The position numbers and the translations under genes were made by a program. The notes below the pieces were generated by a model, which was not told the DNA's origin, did no database searches, and was given only the letters and a program-made list of their open reading frames with translations. From Octopus sinensis (lineage: Eukaryota), in assembly GCF_006345805.1 (NCBI RefSeq), contig NC_043020.1, positions 24,552,001-24,616,000 on the forward strand: a DNA stretch of 64,000 bases, given 5' to 3'. This document shows positions 37,786-52,575 of this stretch, piece by piece (position 1 is the stretch's first letter; each line of letters begins with the position of its first letter).

Positions 37786-39489
37786 TATACATACATACAT
37801 ACATACATACATACATACATACATACATACATACATACACGCACACACACTCACTCACACACATACACGACCCTTGTATACACTTCTTCACTATAACCAT
37901 CACTGCTGCCACCACTATCAGCAGCACAGCCCTCATCCCATTACCATGACAACCATCATCTCAATACTAATACCATAACCTCCTCTGCTACTACCTTTAC
38001 AGCTTTTAACGTCACCACCATCGTAACGTCTACTAACACCGACACCACCACCGCCATACCACCTACTACTACTATAAAAATAAAGCACCATCACGACTAT
38101 CACCATCATACCCACCCCTGGTCTACAGATTAAAAGATCAGTCTAACTATATTTCCTCTAATCCGAAACATTAATGAGATTTAACAAACCAGTCAAGCTG
38201 AATAAATCTCTGCTCGCTATTGCTGACATCGACAGAATATGGTTCCTGGCGGAAGGCACCACCGCCACCACTACCACCACCGCTACCATCGCCCCCAGTG
38301 CCAACATCACCATTACCACCACCACCCTCTTTATCAAGAACTCGTCAGTATCGTGGCACACTACCTTCTTTATCATCAATATCTCCACCACCATTGTCTT
38401 TATCCTTACTTGCATCATCATCATCACCATCAATTATTTCAAAATTAATTTTGAAATATCGGTCATGGTTTGCTGTCTTGATGAGCAGGTAATGTATATA
38501 AGTGTTATGTGCGTGTGTGTATGTGTGTGTGTGTGTGCGTGTGTGTGCGTGTGTGTACATTGTAATGTTGAAGTTAAACCAAGTAAAGATATTTTGATAT
38601 TGTTTAACATGTATGTTTTAGGTCTGCCTGTTATATTGTAGAACATGCATCGATTACGTAAGACCTTCCTTGATTAAAGCGTTTCAAAGTCAGAAATTTG
38701 ATATGCGTTAACTGAAGAAGGTTTATGTAATGAACGCATTTCCTATTTACATCAAAATTTGTAACAATGTTATAGGAGAGTAAGTAATGCAACCAATCAA
38801 GTTTACATCTAAATAACTTTTTTATTTTAAAAGTAAAACATATTTATCTTAGGTTCAGTGATAGCAGAAAGCATGAGGAATTCCATACCTTTGTTCCCAT
38901 GCAACAAAAATTCGTATCAAAAAAGTTGTGAGGTAAAATATCATGGGAAAAAAATATAAGGCATAAAATTGGATTTAAGTATAATTAACTTTTCATTTTA
39001 AAAACAAGCTATATTTTAATTAAGCTTAACTGACAGGGCTCCATTCGAGGAATTTCATGGTATCAATCTCATGCAATGAAGTTTTAAAAGACAAAAAAGT
39101 TATGAGTATTTGTTTCTCAAATTTGAGGGTGATGATATAGTTCTCCACATTTTTATGAATATAGTTCTGTAAAGGGACTCTTAATATATGTTACCGGCGT
39201 CATTGAGGTAAAAAAAAGTATTATTAACGATACCACTAATTGACACATTTTTAATTAGCATAATAGCATAACCTGAAAAAAACATGGGTTACATGGAAAA
39301 ATTCGAGGAAGAGAAATACTATTCTTAAGATTAGAAACCTGGAAAATTACAGGACAAATTATTACACTTGGAAAAATTCAGGACAACTGATAAAGTACAG
39401 AACGAGATAATTTTTACTCAAAATATTACAGCGAAGGATAAAATTTCAGATAAAATATATTTACTTGTTTTTACTGATACTAAATTTTA

Positions 39490-39730
39490 TCCTCTATTTT
39501 GCGGAACTGCTAAGTTTCGGAGACGTAAACAAACGAACACCTGTTGTTATGCAGTCGTGGAGCTAAACAGAAGGGCACACACACGACGGGTTTCTGTTTT
39601 CATCTGCCATATTACCCCCACAAGGCTGAGGCTTGTCCAGTGCTATAGAAGACACTTGCTCGAGGTGCAAAACAGCCGGATTGAACCTTAGGCCACATAG
39701 ATGGGAAACAGGCTTTTTACACGCACACCC
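39490..39730 (-). mobile_element. SINE family A, degraded
   Basis: gctaagtttcggagacgtaaac...agaagacacttgctcgagg. Confidence 0.65.
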
Positions 39731-40224
39731 AGGTGTATATGGAGAAAGAAATAGACAAAACACTCTCGGCCGCCTACACAATATAACTTGGTCTTATCAC
39801 GAGGCGTGCTTTGAATCCAAGCAGAATTTAACAATTTACTATTTTATTAATCAAGAGGTAATTCAATGAATCTATAATTAACCGATGAATTAAGAATTTT
39901 TATGGAGCTCACGTGGTTAAATATTTTTTATAGTTCAGTAAATCGGTTGTTTGAAATTTGGCAGCGAAACGAAATGGATGGGAAGTGTTTGGCAACCCAC
40001 CAATGGATATATGTATGTATATATACACGTGTACAAATATATATATATAGATATGGTGCGCGTGTGTGTGAATATATGTATCTATACGCAAACACACATA
40101 CACATAGACACATATACACCTATACACATATATATATGTATGTATGTACGTATGTATATATGTGTGTATATATATAATATATATATATATATTATATATA
40201 TATATAGATAGATAGATATAGATA

Positions 40225-40652
40225 TATAGGCACAGGAGTGGTTGAATAGTAAGTAGCTTGCTTACCAATCATATGGTTTGGGGTTCAGTCCCACAGCGTG
40301 GGACCATAGGCAAGTGACTTCTACTATAGCCTAGGGCCGATCAAAGATTTGTGAGTGGACTTCGTAACGGAAACTGAAAGAAGCCCGACATATATATCTA
40401 TGTATGTGTGTATGTGTGTGTGTATGTGTGTTGTGTGTGTGTGTTTGTGTGTATGTGTTTCTCTCCCCAACATCGCTTGACAACTGACGCTGGTGTGTTT
40501 AGGTCCTCATAACTTAGCGGTTCGGCAAAAAAGACCGATAGGATAAGTACTAGGCTTACAAAGAATATGTCCTAGGGTCGATTTGCTCGACTAGAGGTAG
40601 TGCTCCAGCATGGCCGCAGTCAAATAACTGAAACAAGTAAAAGAATAAAAGG
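40225..40652 (+). mobile_element. SINE family A, full length
   Basis: gcacaggagtggttgaatagtaagtagcttgcttacc...gaaacaagtaaaagaataaaagg. Confidence 0.85.
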
Positions 40653-40734
40653 ATATATATAATACATATACATATATATACATATATACACGCATATATA
40701 TATATATATATATACATATACACACATATATATA

Positions 40735-40778
<44 letters not shown>

Positions 40779-40820
40779 TATATATATATAAACACATAGA
40801 TATACATATACACATATACG

Positions 40821-40874
<54 letters not shown>

Positions 40875-41513
40875 TAGATAGATAGACAGATATGAAACGA
40901 AAGAAGTGGGGGTGGAAACAATTAGAGATATGTAAATAGACAAGGAATCAGACAAAGATTTCTTCCAAGACACCAACCAGGGAGACTACGAAAGCGATTG
41001 GCTGCTCATAGATTATTAATTTTACTCATGTCCGTTTCTTTTCTTTTTTGCTTTTTTGGTCTTCTTTTTTGTTTTTGTCTTCTTTTTTGTGTGTGTGTGT
41101 CATTGTATTGGTTCTCCCTTACAAACAATAATTCTAGTTACCGAAACAAATTGGTTGAAGCTTTAACCACCACCGTCTACGTGGTCTTCTGCCTGTTGTT
41201 GTTCTTGTTCTTCTTCTTCTTGGTTTTGTCTATAGTATTTCATTCACAATTATTACAACACACTCAGTAAATCTTTACAAAACATATTGATCAGCGACGC
41301 AAGGGGCAGAATATAAAGTGTTTATGGCGGTAACATTTGGACAGTTTCGTGGTGTGTGTGTGTGTGTGTGTTTGAAGGGATTTGTGTATGTGTGAATGTA
41401 CGTATTTTATTTTCATTTTATTGATTTATTTATTTATTGTTTCGGGTTTTTTTTGCTTTGCTAAAAACTGGTGAAAAATACGAACAAGACAAAAATTCAT
41501 TTAGAAACCTACG

Positions 41514-41578
<65 letters not shown>

Positions 41579-41679
41579 ATATTATATATGCATGTATATA
41601 TGTATATATATACGTATATATATAGATATATATATATAATATATATATATATATAATATGCATATATGTATATATATTA

Positions 41680-41741
<62 letters not shown>

Positions 41742-41932
41742 ATATATATAAAGAGAGAAGAGAGAGAGAGAGAGAGAGAGGGAGAGAGGTGAGAGAGAGG
41801 GAGAGAGAGGGAGAGAGAGGGATAGGACGATGTTTTGAAATGTTGTGTACTTTCGGTGTATTCGGAAAAGGAAAATAATGACTTCGCTGGTTGTTCACAA
41901 TTTTAGTGAAGTTATTCTTTTCCTTTTTCAGA

Positions 41933-41972
<40 letters not shown>

Positions 41973-41994
41973 CACACATGGGTGTGTGTGTGTG

Positions 41995-42145
41995 GATGAC
42001 GGGTTTCTTTCAGTTTTCATCATCCAAATTCACTCAGAAGTCTTTGGCTGGTACAAGGCTATAATAGAAGACACTTGTCCGAGGCGCTACGCAATGGGAC
42101 TGAGCCCGGAACCCTGTGGTTCGGGAGCAAGGCTCTTACCACACA
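41995..42145 (-). mobile_element. SINE family A, 5' half
   Basis: gacgggtttctttcagttttc...agaagacacttgtccgagg. Confidence 0.7.
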
Positions 42146-42442
42146 AACGCAGAGGCGTAGATTCACAAGAGTGGCCAGCTATTACATTTCGGGCTACGTT
42201 TCTTCAGATACGCTGGAGATTGGCTGGTGGGTTTGGCCTTGATGTATTTGGCTGGGGTAGGGGTGCGCACGGGATTGGTCTTCTTTGAATAATAGTTCTT
42301 TGGCATTTGGTTTTTGTAGCTATAGGCAACTGGATGTTTTCTGAGTCTTTATTTGTGGAAGTAGGTGGTGCGTATGATGTGTATTCGTGAACTGCGTATG
42401 TGTGGATGTTAGCTTGGACAACACAGATTTCTTTACACCCTA

Positions 42443-42482
<40 letters not shown>

Positions 42483-42507
42483 TGTATATGAACACACATT
42501 CACACAA

Positions 42508-42543
<36 letters not shown>

Positions 42544-42609
42544 CCAAGTTAAAAGTACGATGCATGAAAACAGAAACGCGTAACTCACGCGCAACACATC
42601 CCATCATAC

Positions 42610-42642
<33 letters not shown>

Positions 42643-43197
42643 CACTCGTCCAACATATGTGATGCTGGGATGCGTCCTTGTAAAGACATTAACTGTCAAA
42701 TCTATTAAACATGTGTTTAACGAAATACTCTTGGACTCTAGTGTTGTTGTTGTTGTTGTTGCTGCTGCTGTTATTGGTATTACTGTTTTTGTTGTTATTG
42801 TTGTTGGTTTTGCTGTTGTTGTGCTTTACATAAACATAAACGTCGTCTTTCTTCTCTTTTCATCCTTTCTTATATTTGTCCGCTTCTATTTGTTGCGTTT
42901 AAAGTTTTTACTCTTTTCCTGTTCCTTACATACACACACATATACATATATATATACACATATATATACATATATAAATACATATATATATACATACATA
43001 TATATATAAATATATACATATATATAAATATATACATATACATACACACACACACATATATATACTGATATATATATACACACACACACACATATATATA
43101 CTGATAATATATATAATAAATATATACATATACACACATATTTATGCACACATATACATATATATATATATGTAGAATATATATATATATATGTATA

Positions 43198-43240
<43 letters not shown>

Positions 43241-44007
43241 TACATACATATATGCATATATGTACATACAAACATATACATAAATACATACATGCATACA
43301 TACATAGACATACGCACTCTCATATGTATGTGTACTTACATTATGTTTGCATATATTTATATATGCATATATATAGACACTCGTGTGTGGTTGTGTGTGT
43401 GTGCTTCTCTGTATATGTGAATCTGTGTTCTCTTCATATTTACCTTTTTGTGTTGTTAGAACTGTGGCTGCCTTACCGCGGTTTCTCGCGCATTTACTCT
43501 GTATATACACACACGCGTGCGCGAAGATTACCAGTTCCGAGCTCAGAACAGAATTCCTGTGGCAATCGCAGAAGCTGAGGTGACATGTCCCATGTTGGAC
43601 TCGCCAGTAACAAACGACTTATCGCTTGCTTTTATTCCTTTCAGCCACTGGACTGCGTCCCTTGATGGGATACAGAGTTGAGCAATTAGGTCGAACAAGT
43701 TAACCTTTGTACACATTTCTAAATCTTTTACTTATTGCTTCGCACTCTCTTCGCCGAAACGGTAGATCACGGGGATGTAAAGAAACCAACACCGGTTTTC
43801 ATGATGCTGGATTATAGATACATGAATACATATGTGTGTAAATGTTTAGAACAACCGAGGTAGAAATTGCACAATTAATACTGTGAGTATTTCAATTATA
43901 CACATTCGGTTGACGCTACATCGTCCGCCTACTTACAGTTCTTAAAACGTTTTCATCCGTCGCAGACAGCCTTCTCTTAGACTCAAGGAATATGTCATCA
44001 TATTCTT

Positions 44008-44225
44008 AATCTTTTTTCTACTGTAGGCACAAGGGCTGAAATTTTCGGGGCGAGGGCCAGTCGATAGCACCGACTCCGGTGCTTAATTGATACCTATGTC
44101 GTCGACTCCGAAAGGATGAAAGGCAAATCCAATTTTGGCGGAATTTGAACACAGGATGTAAAGACGGACGAAATGCCGCTAAGAATTTTGACCGGCGTGT
44201 TAACGATTCTACCAGCTCACCGCCC
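44008..44225 (-). mobile_element. SINE family C
   Basis: ttttttctactgtaggcacaagg...ccgaaaggatgaaaggc...aacgattctaccagctcacc. Confidence 0.8.
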
Positions 44226-44856
44226 TAGATATTATTCTGATAATAATAATATTACGGTTGTTCGTGGGTCCATTGATTAAAAGAAACCTCAAGAACCACA
44301 TGCGAAAACCCTGTAAGCAGTTTTTTCTTTAGGGGTCATGTTTTAGTTGAGTAAAACTCGTGGTGTCTCGCTAAAGCATTTTGCTTTTGGTGAAAGTTTT
44401 GTATTTCCCCGAGCTCTATAAAAAATTATGTAGTCTTAAGAGAACTTCTTATCGAGATTTGATAGTGAGTTTGCAGAGCGGGTTTCTCTGGGTAATGAAG
44501 AATATACATCCAAAACCAGAAATACACATTTTATATATATATATGCACATGTATTATAAACATATATAGAGAGATAGAGACAGACGGACGTATAGATAGA
44601 GAAGCAAACGCTGTTTGCCCGTGCGTATGGGTGTGTGTGAATGTATATATATATTTAAAGGTATATTTACTTGTTTGTGAAAACAAATCTGTATGTTTGT
44701 GTGTGTAATGTTGTCCGTAGGAGACTGTAATGAATCTATATGAATACAGCGAACGTTTGGTTATGATTTTTAACTGTATATGTCGAATGGAAAGTACCTT
44801 TAATGTTTCACATACGCTCTTATTGCCAGCGGCCTACACGCCCGACACACACACAC

Positions 44857-44903
<47 letters not shown>

Positions 44904-45352
44904 CCATGCAGCGTCTCATATTGGTAATAATGTTAGCAGATGTTTACCGAAAACTCTGTCACTGTGTGAGTGCTTTTATATGCTTGCTTGTGTGCGTGCG
45001 TGCGCCCGCGTATTTGCATTGGCGAGATTGTTTGTGAGGGTGTGTGTGCGTAAGCGGGCACATGTGTATCTTTGCATGTGAGAATTCATGTGTTGAGCGT
45101 CAGCTATATATGTGTGTATTCATACATAGATGTATGTATGTATGTATGTATGTATGTGGAAATAAAAATACAAAATAGTATTAAAATATGAACAAAACCA
45201 AAGAAATAAAACAGATACTAATAACATAAGAAATACAAATTGTTGCTTCGTCTAAAATGTGCGCTGCGAAAGTGATACGAAATTTGATAGAGGCTGAAGA
45301 CTGAATAAATAAATTATACGTGTGTGTGTGAATTTATGTAATGCGTGTGATA

Positions 45353-45405
<53 letters not shown>

Positions 45406-45759
45406 ATGTGTGGGGGGAGAGAGAGAGAGAGAGAGATTTATAATGGTATTATTCATTCCTTCTTTAAATTTTAATAGTCGGTTTGTATCACTGCTCGTTT
45501 TGCTTACCAGGTGTAATCTTCATCTTAATTATTCTTCAATATTAAGCTTGAAACGAAAATTACATGCTACCAGTCTATATTGTATTATAAGAGGCGTTTC
45601 TTGCCTTATCTGCTGGGCCGTATCTCTTTTTATGTCCCATCAGCATATATTTTTTTAAAGTTAATTTCTAAGAAATGTTCCGAGTTTGGCAAAGTATATA
45701 ATGTTGCAAGATGAAATAAACGAGACCTTATCTAAATCAGAGATCAGACTGTAATATCG

Positions 45760-45806
<47 letters not shown>

Positions 45807-45953
45807 TGTGAGTATGCATGGTTATGCATGGTTACGATGTTCGCTGCCTACATTCGTGTTCTGTTCTTTATCTCACGACACTGCAGCTTGCGCATGTGAC
45901 TTCTAATATACGACATTGAAGAACTGAAATTTGGTAGGCGGAAAGGCAACCCA

Positions 45954-45999
<46 letters not shown>

Positions 46000-46559
46000 C
46001 ACTAATCCTCGACTATCGCGGATGTTACTTTCCAAAACCCCACCGCGATAGGTGAAAATCCGCCAAGTAGAAATGGTGCTGTACTATATATATTTTTAAT
46101 AATTTTTATGATTTGTATATATTAGTTATTATAAATGCAAAGCAACACCACGGAAGAATCGACGTAAGCTTAAATAATAATCCGCGATATGGCGAGGGAT
46201 CACAGTGTATGTGTATATACATACATACATACATACATATTGTATATATATATATATATATTATAATATATATATATACTATATATATATATAATACACA
46301 TATACGTACACATATATATCACTAAACATTATTTTAGTCTTCTTTTGTGACCGACCATTTTGAATATCACCACTCAAGTTTGGCAATATCCTAAAATATG
46401 TTGAATTTCTGGAATTATTGTTATTTTAAGCATAAATAATTCAAGACAAGTTCGGATACCAATGCTAGCTTAGTTTAAATACTAAAATACTTAAGCCGAT
46501 GACTGGTGGGGCTCTGTTAATGACACTATATATCCTATATTACTATAACGAGAGTATTT

Positions 46560-46740
46560 ACAAAAAAAACAAAAGACGAAGACGGGTCTGTGAACAACAG
46601 ACGGATGTATTAGTTTAACGCTCGGGAAGTGAGAAAGTCTTTTACGTTTCGAGCCTACGCTCATCAACAGAAAGGAACAGAAATAAACAGGGAGAGAAAA
46701 TAGAAAAAAAGGTATAGTGGCTAGCGATCTATCATGGCGA
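46560..46740 (-). mobile_element. Short hammerhead-bearing repeat
   Basis: Similar layout to 31735-31938 (pyrimidine-rich on the ribozyme strand) but a different sequence. Confidence 0.35.
46639..46674 (-). ncRNA. Minimal hammerhead variant (core CUGUUGA, A6U)
   Basis: Minus strand: CUUU CUGUUGA U GAGC GUAG GCUC GAAAC GUA AAAG. Perfect 4-bp stems I and II and one core substitution. Confidence 0.5.
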
Positions 46741-47582
46741 ACCTCAACTATAGATCTCTTCGATGCCGGAGAATAGCGTCATGCCGGATTGTTGCTGATT
46801 TTGTTTTTCTTTTTTGCAAGGGTCAAATACAGTTCGCATAGTCTTGGTTAACGGCTACCAAGGTACGCCTACAAAGGATTTAAATCTTATAAGTAACAAG
46901 ACAATTTAGACCAGCGAGAAGCAAAACCTCAAATACACAGAACTAATGAAAACTTCCATAAACGTATACGCAAGAATTTATAAACGCAGAAACACACAAT
47001 ATGCTTTTATGTGAGAAGCTGATGAGTGAACTGCGCAATTATGTTATCCGGCGACATTATTAATAGTGTCTTACGAAAAAATGTATCAATCTAGCGTTAA
47101 GGGAGTTCGTCTTTTATATGCAATAATTACAATCATGGGTATGATTATAGACGTATATCTATTAATCACACAGTGTTCTTTCTCTCACTATATATTAGGT
47201 GGGAGAGAGAGACACACAGACAGGCAAACGGATAAATGGAGTACAACCACTGGCCTGCAAATGTCTCGAATTAAAATTTTTTGCAATGTTTCATCCCCAG
47301 ATTTTCTCTCCCGCGTGTATTATTCTCCCTGCAGACTATATGAATAATGTCAACCTAGAAATATACAAGCTGAACATCAATTACTTAGGCAACCTTAACA
47401 GTCGTGAAAGGCGCTCCAAGTTCATGAGTACCATCTCATACCCCACCGCTAAATACACACATATGTACCTAGGTACTCGCTCTCTCTCTCTCTTTCATTA
47501 TATATATATATATATATTATATCTATATATATATATATAATATAGATATATATATTATAATATATATATATATGTATGTATG

Positions 47583-47623
<41 letters not shown>

Positions 47624-47633
47624 GTATGTATGT

Positions 47634-47683
<50 letters not shown>

Positions 47684-47829
47684 ATGCATACATAAATATA
47701 CACATATACACATATATATGTGGATATATGTAATTGTATGGATGTGTGTAAACATATTTGAATGCATACGTGGATATATATTTGTGTATACATACATATT
47801 ATATATTGCTAACATACTTATTCTCTTTA

Positions 47830-47894
<65 letters not shown>

Positions 47895-48830
47895 GATGAC
47901 GGAGTGAGATTTAATTCTTCAAAGTTCTCCCAGAATATTTGAAGATTTTCTTTAAACCGAAAGAAGCAGAGCACACTCAGCTGTGTATACAATCACACAC
48001 GATGGTCTTTAGAACATTCTCGATTGTTTGCGTTTCACAAACACACAACTGATTGGTTTTACAGAACACATAAGAAGAATCACGCTCCTCTTTTTCATTT
48101 CTTTTTCTTGTTTTTGCTCCTCTTTGCTTTGTTTTTCGTTCTTGTTTTTCGCTCTTATTTCTTTGTCTGAGACCGGCAAACCTCTTTAGGTCACTTGCTT
48201 TATGGTAAACTTTTGGTAAGATAATCATGTGCACTTAAAATTATTCTAGGAACCAATCTGAACCGATAATTGGTGTATAATAGTTCTAACTTAAATATCA
48301 GATGGGCTAAATTCCAACACTTAATTTCATATACATCCGTTGTGCATGTTATCTTCAATAAAAGTGCATGCATGGGTGTTGTCGGCCATTTTGTGGAGAG
48401 CGGGCAAAACGGCGGCACTGGGCCCTATTATTATTACTGTACCAGTAAAACTAGGTTTTTTTGTTTGTCTTCCTTGTTGTTGTCAATCCCCAGATTTTGA
48501 GGTGAGGCCGATATTCACATGGGGCTAATTCCCGTCACTTCTCATGAAAACAGGTAACTTCGTGCTAACTCAGAAACGAATGTATAACATTGAACACACA
48601 CACGCATACATATATAAACAAATACGTGTGTGTGGTGTGTGCGTACAGGGACAGACAGACATATAAACAACATGCGGTAGAATATTTAGTTGTACACCTG
48701 GGCAATGATTGCATCGTTTTCGCAATAATCATAATATCTCACCTTATAGGAAGGTGATGGCATTTTTAGGAAGCTGTTAATTATGTGTTATGTCTGCTAA
48801 AGAAAGGCTGAACATAAATATAAATATGTG

Positions 48831-48862
<32 letters not shown>

Positions 48863-48997
48863 ACACCAGCAGAGCCCTCACTCCCAAGCGCAAATGGCAC
48901 GGAAGTATGTACGAAGCTTTCGCTAATTTTTGTGGCATCTTTTCTTGAGCGGTCCCCTACATATGCACATGGTATTAAATTACACAAATAAGTGCGG

Positions 48998-49033
<36 letters not shown>

Positions 49034-49297
49034 CGTATATCTATTTGTGGATGTTTGTATATGTATGTGTGTAGTTATGGGTCTACGTTTACACGCACAA
49101 GAATATATGAAGTACACACATATTTACAAGAATATATGAAATACACACACATATTCTGGTACACACAACACTCACATACTCAAACACACATACACACGCT
49201 CAAGAATTGTTTTCATTCGAAATATTTCTTTCTTTTTAATCGGGTTAATTTCGCTTTTGGAAAGAACAACATGAAATTGGTGGCACTGTGTACAACA

Positions 49298-49693
49298 GAC
49301 TGGGAAGAAATAAGAACGATTGAATCTGAAACTCTACTCCCAAGAGTAGAAAGCGTGGAAGATATACAGTGATATACAAATGGAAGATCCCAGGAGGTCT
49401 TGTTCCCAACTTTGGAATTGAAAGCTATACCAATCACCGAACTGAGCAGCAATGAATAATAACAAAGACCCGGTCTTTTTCATCTCGAATAAGGGCCAAT
49501 ACTGTGACAATTAGGTTTCCAGGGTCCACTACCATTCAACATTCCGACAAACAACATCAGCGATTTGTGGGGTGTAGATGTAGTGGTCTTCAGAGAGCGT
49601 CTGGACAAAGTCCTGTCTGTTATATCGGATGAACCCACATAGCGGTAGGAGGCCCAAAGAAGAGTAGCTCCGCCCAACTCGCTACTTCACCAA
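49298..49693 (+). mobile_element. LINE (CR1/L2-group) ORF2 C-terminal remnant, frameshifted
   Basis: Manual translation gives RKRGRYTVIYKWKIPGGLVPNF...GFQGPLPFNIP...FRERLDKVLSVISDEP...PNSLLHQ. This matches the recalled post-RT pattern RRRERYxIIYxWKIxxGLVPN...GPxLFNxLP...FKxxLDxxLxxIPDEP. Confidence 0.8.
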
Positions 49694-49955
49694 AGCCAGT
49701 ACAGGAAAGAAATGCAAACACATTGAAAGGTAATGCTCCAGCATGGCTTCAGTGTCAGGTTGAAACCAGTAAAAGATAAAATGAGATAGGTTGATGAAGA
49801 TGATGGCACAATCCTTTCAAAGAACATTCAATCTTGAAGTTTTCTGAGAATTTTTCCAAAATTCTTCAAGTGCTTTTCGATTTATTACGATATTGTGTGG
49901 CATAACTTTCTTCTTTCACTACGTGTAGTAATGAATTTGGAGATCATAGATTGTT

Positions 49956-49956
<1 letters not shown>

Positions 49957-49995
<39 letters not shown>

Positions 49996-50014
49996 TAACA
50001 ACAACAACAACAAC

Positions 50015-50070
<56 letters not shown>
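49957..50070. repeat. (AAT)n/(AAC)n microsatellite
   Basis: Direct reading. Confidence 0.95.
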
Positions 50071-50072
<2 letters not shown>

Positions 50073-50184
50073 GCCCTGATGCAGTACCAGGCAGTGGCTC
50101 TCATGGCTTCTGATCTTAACTGATTGGAAGTGTTATCATGTACATTGTTTGTCTTGGTATAAAAGATGGGCTACAGCAAATATT

Positions 50185-50284
50185 NNNNNNNNNNNNNNNN
50201 NNNNNNNNNNNNNNNNNNNNNNNNNNNNNNNNNNNNNNNNNNNNNNNNNNNNNNNNNNNNNNNNNNNNNNNNNNNNNNNNNNNN
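50185..50284. other. Assembly gap (100 N)
   Basis: Run of N; a round size suggests the true length is unknown. Confidence 0.99.
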
Positions 50285-50714
50285 GCCTGAACACACACAT
50301 ATAATCTTTTGTGTAGAGATAGATGTACGAATGCTTCCTGAGAGTCTAGAGCAGAGGCTCTCAACCATTTTCTGCCCACGAGCTCCTTAGAATCCTATTT
50401 TACCCGGGTGAACCCCGTAGCTATTCAATTTTTTAAAAATTGCTCCAATATTTTCAGAATTAAATATAATCAGAAATTGTTTTGTGGGAGGATTCCGACC
50501 ACACCACAAGTGACTAAAAGTGACCAGACACATTGTTATAAAATAAAATAAAAACTGTGAGCAATTGAGGGGAAGCAGTTCACTGCGAACCGTCAATTGA
50601 TAGCGTTGAGTCTCGTGTAACGGTAATAGAAGTGTATCATGTAAATACTTCTTGCTCTTGCTTCGTTAAATTATTTATCCAACACCAGGATATAGAAAGT
50701 TGTATATAAAAATA

Positions 50715-51090
50715 GGCGCAGGATTGGATGTGTGGTAAGAAGCTTGCTTACCAACCACATGTTTCTGGGTTCAGATCCATTGCGTGGCACCTTGGGCAAG
50801 TGATTTCAACTATACCTTCGCGCCGACCAAAGTCTTGTGAGTGGATTTAGTAGATGGAAACCGAAAGAAGCCCGTCGTGTATATATGTATGTGTGTGTGT
50901 ATTTCTCCTCTACCATTTCTTGACAACCGATGTTGGTGCATTTACATCCCTATGACTTAACGGTTCGGCAAAAGAGAGCGATAGAATAAGTACTAGGCTA
51001 ACAAAGAATAAGTTCTGGGATCGATTTGTTCGACTAAAGGTGGTGCTCCAGCATGGCCGCAGTCAAATGAATGAAACAAGTGAAAGAAAA
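50715..51090 (+). mobile_element. SINE family A, full length
   Basis: ggcgcaggattggatgtgtggtaagaagcttgcttacc...gaaacaagtgaaaga. Confidence 0.85.
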
Positions 51091-51134
51091 CAAGAAAAAA
51101 TATTTAGAAACATTTTGTGTATTGTTTAAAATGA

Positions 51135-51351
51135 ATCATTTATTTGTTTCAGTCATTTGACTGCGGCCATACTGGAGCACCACCTTTAGTCGAACAAATC
51201 GACCCCACAACCTATTCTTTGTAAGCTTCGTAGTATTCTATCGGTCTATTTTGCCAAACCACTAGATTACGGTGACGTAAACACAGCAGCGTCGGTTGTG
51301 AAGCGATGTTGTCGGGGTCAGACTCACAAACTTATATACACACACGCGCAC

Positions 51352-51388
<37 letters not shown>

Positions 51389-51550
51389 CGATGGGCTTCT
51401 TTCAGTTTCCGTCTATTAAATCCATTCAAAAGGCCTTGGTCGGCCCGAGGTTATAATAAAAAACACTAGCCCAGGGTTCCACGCAGTGGGACTGAACCCG
51501 GAACCATGTAGTTGGCAACCAAGCTACTTACCACACAGCCACTCCTACGC
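51135..51550 (-). mobile_element. SINE family A, full length, inverted
   Basis: ttgtttcagtcatttgactgcggcc...ccacacagccactcctacgcc. Confidence 0.85.
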
Positions 51551-52439
51551 CTTGGTCTTAAGCACAGTTCTTACATGGCTCCTGAAACACTACCATGGAC
51601 CCCCATTTACTAGATTGCATTGTGGACCCCCAAAACTCTTATATGGGCCCCAAATGCGAACCCCTTGTCCAAAGATTCATGTAGATTTTCCTCCTCCTGT
51701 CTGCTTCCAGTATATTGGTCTGGTTGCTTCTCTGTTTAGTATTATTACTATATTCAGGATATACGAATCAAATGTTCTAGGAACATCCGGTGCTGTCGTT
51801 CAAAACCACCACAAGGGTGAAATGTACGTAAGGAACAAATGATTATAAACTTGTGTCTATATCCAGAGGAGATGGCGGATGTATCGGCGAAGTAATGCAC
51901 CAATCAAAAATAAAGCTGTTGTTTGGTGAGTATATACTTCCATTAACAATTACGCTAATGTGGACTTAGCCATTTGACAAACTGAATTCAAAAGAAAATG
52001 TAGAGACTAAGTAATGTGATCGACGTTATCGATTAACACAGATGAAAATGACCGCTGTTCAAACAGATCGATGCAAAACAAAGATGGCTGAACCTAGCAG
52101 GATTCTTCATGTTGTGTATGGAGAATCCTGTTAGTGTATAACAGCGTATACAAATGGAAAGAGAGGTGGAGGGAGAAGGACAGGATTAAGGACAACAAAA
52201 GCATCGAATGTTCTAAAGGCATTGATCTGTTCTGATGTGTTCTTGAAATTGTTTCATTTTAACATGAAACACAACCGATAGCAACCCTGGCACTGGATGT
52301 GCACTGACAGATCTACATCAATGCAAACAGGCAAACACACTTTACATACATACATAATACATATATATATATATATATGGGACAAACAGAAAGCACACCC
52401 CATATAAATATATGTGTGTGTGTCTATGTGTGGAGAGAG

Positions 52440-52575
52440 AGGACGGGCTTCTTTCAGTTTCCGTGTATGAAAGCCAAAGTTTTGATCGGCCCAAAGCTTA
52501 GAGTAGAAGACACTTGACCAAGGTGCGACGCTATGAGACTGAACCCTGAACCATGCGGTTGGGAATATGCACTAT
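52440..52575 (-). mobile_element. SINE family A, 5' half
   Basis: gacgggcttctttcagtttccg...agaagacacttgaccaagg. Confidence 0.7.

Larger units (their letters stand above)
50352..51666. mobile_element. Possible hAT MITE interrupted by two family A SINEs
   Basis: Left TIR-like cagaggctctcaacc and right gcgaacccctt. Flanks gtctagag / gtccaaag match at 6/8. Confidence 0.4.

Noticed and set aside
48493-48560. Plus-strand exon (acceptor ...caatccccag, donors gtgagg or gtaact)
   Set aside because: The 60-nt version has stops in all three frames and no supporting plus-strand exons were found.
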